Assembly (NCBI GenBank): GCA_964035545.1
Contig: OZ037771.1
Location: 817,628 to 881,627, forward strand
Direction of reading: 5' to 3'
Length of the DNA stretch: 64,000 bases
Origin: Bugula neritina
Lineage: Eukaryota > Animalia > Bryozoa
Shown here: positions 13,268 through 64,000 of the stretch, piece by piece
How positions within the stretch are numbered: the first letter of the stretch is position 1
Layout: every line of letters begins with the position of its first letter
Notes under the pieces: model-generated
What the model was told of the DNA's origin: nothing
The model's database searches: none
The model's input: only the letters and a program-made list of their open reading frames with translations
Position numbers and translations under genes: made by a program

Positions 13268-16200
13268 CTAGAAAGAAATAAGTATAAAATATAAAACTAT
13301 CAGGAGTTGTCTGTACTTGACTACTTGGTGTATTGTGATACAGAAGTTATGCTCTCTCTCTCAAGTCACGTGTTACAACACTCAGAATAAACTCCCCCCA
13401 ATACTCTCAGTAATGCTATATACAGCACAATGTGGTATTATCTACACATGTATTACAAAAACTGCTCACCGTGCTGCGGTAGTGCATAATGCTGGTAGGA
13501 TCGTACGCATATCCGTAACTGGAAACTCCACTCTTGGTTTTGAAATTAGATTTCTTGGTTGGGTTAATGTTATCCCATACAATCTACAATTTAATTTATA
13601 TTACAATCACTTTATATGCTGGGCTGTTATTTGTAACTAATAATAAAATATATGATAGATGTAACAGTTTCATATTACACAATGGTGTCTTCAACTCTTA
13701 TAGTGATATATAACACAATGATGTATTCAACTCTTATAGTGATATATAACACAATGATGTCTTCAACTCTTATAGTGATATATAACACAATGATGTCTTC
13801 AACTCTTATAGTGATATATAACACAATGATGTATTCAACTCTTATAGTGATATATAACACAATGATGTCTTCAACTCTTATAGTGATATGTTATACAATG
13901 ATGTCTTCAACTCTTATAGTGATATATAACACAATGATGTCTTCAACTAACCGTGACGTATTTCTCTCTCTCGGGGTGCTGATGCTCATGAATCAAGCCA
14001 ATGGTGTGGCCGAGTTCGTGGAGAATGGTTCGGTGAGCGAAACAGTTCTTGGAGAGGTTTATGTACTGAACTCGTCTGGTATATCCCAGAGCAGAGGAGC
14101 AACTAAATTTATGCGTTATACAGTGTTATATACCAGAAGAGGCCTAGTAATAGTAATAGTGATAGTAATACTAATAGTAACAGTAACAGTAATAGTATTA
14201 GTAGTAGTCATAGTAATAGTAATAGTATTAGAGAGCTGGACAGTATAAACTAATGAATAGTTTATTATCTAACTTAAATATAATAAGATGTAATAAGCCT
14301 AAGTGATGTTAGTGTATACTAATACGTAAGTATGTACTAAGATGTAAGTTCAACTTACCCAGGTATATGTAAGTTCAACTTACCCAGGTATATGTAAGTA
14401 TACACTTACCCATGTATATGTAAGTTCAACTTACCCAGGTATATGTAAGTGTACACTTACCCAGGTATATGTAAGTGTACACTTACCCAGGTATATGTAA
14501 GTATACACTTACCCAGGTATATGTAAGTATACACTTACCCAGGTATATGTAAGTATACACTTACCCAGGTATATGTAAGTATACACTTACCCAGGTATAT
14601 GTAAGTATACACTTACCCAGGTATATGTAAGTATACACTTACCCAGGTATATGTAAGTATACACTTACCCAGGTATATGTAAGTATACACTTACCCAGGT
14701 ATATGTAAGTATACACTTACCCAGGTATATGTAAGTATACACTTACCCAGGTATATGTAAGTATACACTTACCCAGATATAGTGGCTCCCTTGGAGTCTG
14801 TTTTAGTTCTGATCTGCACAAACCTTCTATCGGAACTTTTCTTATATTCAAACTTGATGCAAGTGTATTTCTCCCACTCGTTCATAGCAGAGCGTATCTT
14901 GCTGTGACTTCCATCTTGAGTATTATATTATAGTATTATATACAGTAATACAGTATTATATACAGTCATATAACATTATATACAGTCATATAACATTGTA
15001 TACAGTCATATAACATTATATACAGTCATATAACAATATATATACAGTCATATAACATTATATATACAGTAATATGGTATTATATACAGTCTTATAACAA
15101 TATATATACAGTCATATAGTAATAGATATACCGTAATATAGCATTGTATACAGTCATATAACATTATATATACAGCCATATAGCAATATATATACAGTAA
15201 TATAACAATATATATACAGTAATACAATGCTACACGGTAGAGTAGTAACCTAGCACACAGTATAATATTCTACTAGATCACGTACCGAGTTTAGAACTGT
15301 AAGTGTACGGTATCCTTCCATTGGGCCACAACCTTGACCTTGATGACATTCCTGCTCTTCTATGAATAGATTGTCTCCCCTGGTTTCTGTACAAAATACA
15401 GTTTAGCATTACTTTACAATATTACTAATATAGTACAGGTGAAGCCATTGTCAACTACAATGAGACACACTGCATTTATGTTACTTGATATTCTAACATA
15501 CTGTATGTGTAATGTAGAGTAGAGAGAAAAGCTGTAACAGTGTATTATATAATATATACACACAGGAATATAAAGTTGGGTATACAAGGAAACACAACTC
15601 ACTCTGGGTGATCAACGACATGGGGAAACAACACCTGAAACATGTCCGGGGAGACAATCATGTCCTCTATTTCAATAGAACCGTCATCAGTTATATTAGC
15701 GTGCAGTACTTGATTGTCTAAGCTGGAGTTGTCTGTCCATAAGTAGATATATAATGATAGTGCAAATGCACGTACAGCAACAGTAGAATGTAAATTTTAA
15801 ACAAACAGTTCAACATGTATAAAACACTTAAAACAAGTTGAAAGAGTTGTAAGGGTGGGGATGCCACCGTACCCCTAGAGTGTAATGGGTAGAACTCTGA
15901 CTTGTAGGTTGGAGGTTTGATTCCCGGTGGACTAAAGGATTACTCTCTTTCTGATAAACCTACGAGAGTAGAAGGCTAGTGATTAGTGGCTACAAAACCA
16001 TGTGTAGAAAAATAACAAAATTATGAATTTACTTCTGCCTTCAATTAAACAGAATGGCAGACTGCTTTGTGTAACTAGAAGCTGTTGACAAACTAAACTC
16101 ACCTTCATCTTCGTCTATAAGCAGAGGGACGTCCTCTCCATCATCTCCCTCGTCCAATTCGTCAATTACTTAAAACAAAACAGACACCTTGAGTTTGAAA

Positions 16201-17138
16201 CGTCTTTGCATACACACAACACAACTCAGCAAGTCTAATACCAAATAGAATGAAAAATAAGTTCCTCTGAATATGAAGTGAATCGACGAGAATACTTTTA
16301 CAGGGCTAAATAATTTAAGGTTTTGGTTTCCAAAATTATACAACTTCTGTGACTGTAAATAATTGTAGGTTTAATACAGAGCATAGCAAAAACTTTTACT
16401 CTAATCACTTCTGATTTAATCAAAATATTTAAAAACTTGAATGCAAAATTTCAGAACTATACCAAAACAATATAAAATAAAATAATATATGTTATAATAG
16501 ATGGTATTGAAAAATATGTATATTATGATTAAGGAAAACAGTGAGTTACTCTTGAGCTAGAAGAGTGACCTTTGAACCATGAAAATGACCTCTAAACTAT
16601 GAGTAATGATCTCTAACTTACAAAACCCAAAGGTTTCTAGGGTAGTAGCAGTGAACTCATCAAGGTCTTCAGAGTAGTTGGGGACACCATCCGACGCCCC
16701 AATAGGTGATGGTAAAGAACTTGATGTTGCTATGGCTACCAAAACTGAGAGCTGCAACAGAATAAAATAAAAATAAAAAAGAAATGCACACTAAAATAAT
16801 CCCTGACTTTGCAGAGTAGAAAATACTGAATACTACACGTGGCAAGTGACACTGTTATTTATTCGAAATATTTATAATAAACTGCATATGAATCTTTCCT
16901 GAAATGTCTGGTAACTAATATGAGATAGTGCTAAGAGAAATCTATTCTTAAACAAGAATCTTATGCCTATTCGTTCAAACCAATTGAATTTAAGAATTAT
17001 CAAACAATCCTAGTGAATAATAAATACTGCAGCACATTTACTATGATAAAATAAAATATAATCTAAACATTTAGGAATATTTTACAAGCATGACTGAGAT
17101 GAACATGCAACTCTACTTACAACAATAACGCCCTTCAT
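13112..17138 (-). CDS. Astacin-family (M12A) zinc metalloendopeptidase; 9 coding exons, 335 aa, signal peptide + acidic propeptide + catalytic domain
   Basis: Exons 17121-17138, 16622-16751, 16103-16168, 15603-15732, 15286-15386, 14773-14914, 13952-14102, 13470-13583 and 13112-13267 sum to 1008 nt in frame, all GT-AG. Motifs: RR-A...WPNGRIPY, WEKYTCIKF, GCSSALG, HELGHTIGLIHE, YDPTSIMHY, MYSC. Confidence 0.95.
13470..13583 (-). CDS. Astacin exon with the Met-turn
   Basis: IVWDNI...NF...YDPTSIMHYRST; tgtag/gtgagc boundaries. Confidence 0.95.
13677..13948. repeat. 36-bp minisatellite abutting an astacin donor site, about 7.5 copies
   Basis: Unit acacaatgatgtcttcaactcttatagtgatatata. Confidence 0.96.
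13952..14102 (-). CDS. Astacin exon with the zinc-binding motif
   Basis: CSSALG...Q.INLSKNC...TILHELGHTIGLIHEHQHPEREKYVT; ttag/gttagt boundaries. Confidence 0.96.
14343..14776. repeat. 26-bp minisatellite made of an astacin exon end plus donor, about 16 copies
   Basis: Unit gtaagtatacacttacccaggtatat. Confidence 0.97.
14773..14914 (-). CDS. Astacin exon
   Basis: KIRSAMNEWEKYTCIKF...; caag/gtaagt boundaries. Confidence 0.92.
14925..15225. repeat. 20-22-bp degenerate tandem repeat next to an astacin acceptor
   Basis: Unit tatacagtcatataacatta. Confidence 0.85.
15286..15386 (-). CDS. Astacin exon containing the pro/mature junction
   Basis: SIHRR-AGMSSRSRLWPNGRIPYTY; tacag/gtacgt boundaries. 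Confidence 0.92.
15603..15732 (-). CDS. Astacin propeptide exon
   Basis: ...SIEIEDMIVSPDMF..., resembling the Asp-switch (FEGDI-like) segment; gacag/gtgagt boundaries. Confidence 0.85.
15869..15931 (+). mobile_element. Highly degenerate tRNA-derived fragment (SINE-like) in an astacin intron
   Basis: A-box-like TAGAGTGTAATGGGTAG and B-box-like GGTTTGATTCC; no intact cloverleaf. Confidence 0.35.
16103..16168 (-). CDS. Astacin acidic propeptide exon
   Basis: IDELDEGDDGEDVPLLIDEDE; ttaag/gtgagt boundaries, symmetric phase 1. Confidence 0.8.
16622..16751 (-). CDS. Astacin signal peptide/propeptide exon
   Basis: LSVLVAIATSSSLPSP...; tgcag/gtaagt boundaries. Confidence 0.85.
17121..17138 (-). CDS. 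Astacin first coding exon (MKGVIV)
   Basis: ACC-ATG-AAG context and gtaagt donor; joins the next exon to give the signal peptide MKGVIVLSVLVAIATSS. Confidence 0.8.
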
Positions 17139-17149
17139 GGTTGAACTCA

Positions 17150-17192
17150 GTGCCTGAATTGGTGCTCCACCACAGAGTAGGTGAGTTTTATA
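17150..17192 (-). promoter_or_regulatory. Astacin core promoter (TATA box, Inr-like element)
   Basis: TATAAAA on the minus strand at 17186-17192; TCAGGC about 30 nt downstream; ATG about 20 nt further. Confidence 0.6.
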
Positions 17193-17406
17193 CAGCAATC
17201 AATACAGTAGGGTGGGGGGGGGGAGATACTGCCTGCAAGGTATTTCTCCCAGGTGTTACTTCTCATCCTATCTCATAACCAAAGCTGTCAAGTTACATAA
17301 TAGAGATATGGATGCTGCTACATCCTCTCCACCTTATACGTATATATACCTTGTAGGCCTGGATGTGTGAGCGTATAATATTGTCAAGCAATATTGAACG
17401 AATAAT

Positions 17407-17412
17407 TTTATT
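17407..17412 (-). terminator. Candidate polyadenylation signal of the LRP gene
   Basis: AATAAA on the minus strand about 360 nt after the LRP stop codon and before the astacin promoter. Confidence 0.45.
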
Positions 17413-17770
17413 AATATACAATATGGAAGAAATACGCAATGTCCATGATTACAATAATCAAATTAAAAAAATTGCAAATAAGAAAGTAGACAGAGACTAG
17501 TGTTAGAATATCTGTGTGTATTATTAGATACTATTATAAATACCATTAATGTTGGCACAAAATGAACCAAATATGCTTATTATATCATAAATAACATAAA
17601 TTATTCATTGAATAGCATAATATTAAACAAAAGATTAGTTAAATCTAAAATATACACAAAGAATAATGTTTGGAAGGAAAGATGTTTAACTTAACTGGCC
17701 CATTGATCATCAAATTCCTAAATAAAGGAGAACAACGTGGGAGAATAATAGTCTAAGAGAATGTAAATTG

Positions 17771-62208
<44,438 letters not shown>

Positions 62209-64000
62209 TTTATCTCTGCTAGTAACTCCTAGACCTTGTCTTATCTTACCATTACCTTCACCTGCAACACAGCCTTTGTATAACCAGCTTTTCTTACAAA
62301 TACCAGTCAGTGTCGGCACAAAAATTCTATTGGTTGGAGTGAGTTAATGAATGGTTAATAATGATTACTAAGCCTTTACTGAATAGTATTAAAATAAAAG
62401 TCTATTTGAAATATACAAGCTTATGAGCTAAGTTTAAAATAAATAAATATAGATACATCAAATTAATATTAAGAATTATACTTATAGTTATAGATGAGCC
62501 TAAAATTACAAAATTTCTTAGATTTTACCCTTAAAAGCTGTAGCAGCACTACTACAAGTTGAAGTAAAACTAAAAATAATGAAATGAACACATTGATTTT
62601 CAGTTAGTAGGTGGTATTAAACTTAAAGTATACAGATATTTATAAAAAAATTAACTACTCAATTATAACTTTATTCAATGCTCATTCATGTAACTAGAAT
62701 GCCAAACCGTTAAGTTTAACGTTAATTCATAGTGCTATCAAGGCTAAATAGTAATATTTAAACTTAAGTTAAATGAATAACCAAATGGTATTCAAATACT
62801 GAAATACTAATAGTAATACTAATAGTATTATTAGTATAAGTATAACTATTAGTATTACTATTAGTAATACTGTAAGTGTATTACTATTAGTATTACTATC
62901 ACTATCAGTATCAGTCTAGCTGTTACCTCCTCCTGTATTTTTATTATAATTATAATCATACATGAAAAAATATTGTGATACCTAAAACAAATTTAATGTG
63001 AATAAGTTATGCAAACCTAATTAATTTGACAAGTTCATTTGCCTCAGATGATTCGAAAGGAATAACGTGCAACTGTAAGTGCTACAGCAAGTGCACGCGC
63101 GGCAGTGCCGCCATAAATTTGTTTATAATAGAAAGATGTATGTGATTCGCCGAGATGGCCATGTGAGATAACCTTAGAACTTGAATTTATTACTTACAGC
63201 TTTAATGGGTAAACTATAGTAATATAAACTTGGGCTTGCATAGATTTCGAAATACAGGCTGTGACAACAATTATCGGCTTGCGTCACAATAACGGTTTTA
63301 ATTTTTAACTTTATAAAGTATTTCTTCTGGCAAAGCTCTAACTTGTTAATAAACCAATATTATTTTGTAAATTTAGATGAAAATTAAATATGAGCTCTTC
63401 TAACAAAATTGATATGTCTCTAGGTGAGTAGTTGCTTGGGGTTTGATTGATGTAAATTGACTATTAAATCTCACACTTACTGTTAGTTTTGCTGACTCTT
63501 ACTCGTACTGTAACTGTTACTGTTAGTGTTACTGTTAGTCATTGTGATTGTCATTTTGATTGTCAGTAACTGTAAGTCAGTGTTAGACTTAGAGTAAGAC
63601 TGAGCGGTAAGAGTAAGAGTTGAGTTACACTTTTTGTAATGAGTTTGAGTTACTTAGATTTTAAAATTGACACTAGTGGGCTTATGTTAATTTTTTATAG
63701 TTATACTTATAGTTATTGAGCAAATGTGAGATTAGTCATTACTGATTACTCATTTAGTCATTAGTCATACTCATTAGACTAAACCAAAATAAAAATCAAA
63801 ATGTAAAGTTGACTTTTAATCATAATTATAATGAATTTAGCTTTATGAAATCAAGAGTCTTTGGATTTTCGCCAAGTGTCAAGTAGCATATTTAAATAAT
63901 AATTTTTATTTCATCATAATCAAAAAGCATGATTGTGGCTTACAATTAGCAATACAGCTGCTATTCTAACAGTGACAGACACAATAGCTGTAAGTCTAAT

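Noticed and set aside
13652-14248. 198-aa plus-strand ORF
   Set aside because: Made of the 36-bp repeat, the antisense of the astacin zinc-motif exon and a TAG-rich microsatellite.

Overview
Eukaryotic (animal, AT-rich, probably invertebrate) genomic DNA, not prokaryotic. Manual splicing gives three intron-containing genes, all on the minus strand and head-to-tail. (1) A giant LDL-receptor-related gene of LRP2/megalin type (ATG 62208, stop 17771, about 88 exons). It encodes a signal peptide, LA clusters of 3/8/10/11 repeats, 8 YWTD propellers with EGF modules, a TM helix, and a short tail with FNNPIY and a C-terminal ESNI. (2) A complete 9-exon, 335-aa astacin (M12A) metalloprotease (17138-13112; HELGHTIGLIHE, SIMHY) that the ORF track almost entirely misses. 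(3) A secreted two-VWA-domain protein (about 8117-2000). A degenerate tRNA-like Pol III element lies in an LRP intron. The most striking structure is non-coding: many introns carry their own private tandem repeat, and many of these arrays start at a splice junction and consist of copies of the donor, acceptor or branch-point sequence. Most long ORFs in the track are artefacts of these repeats. All gene models are hand-derived without transcript data.
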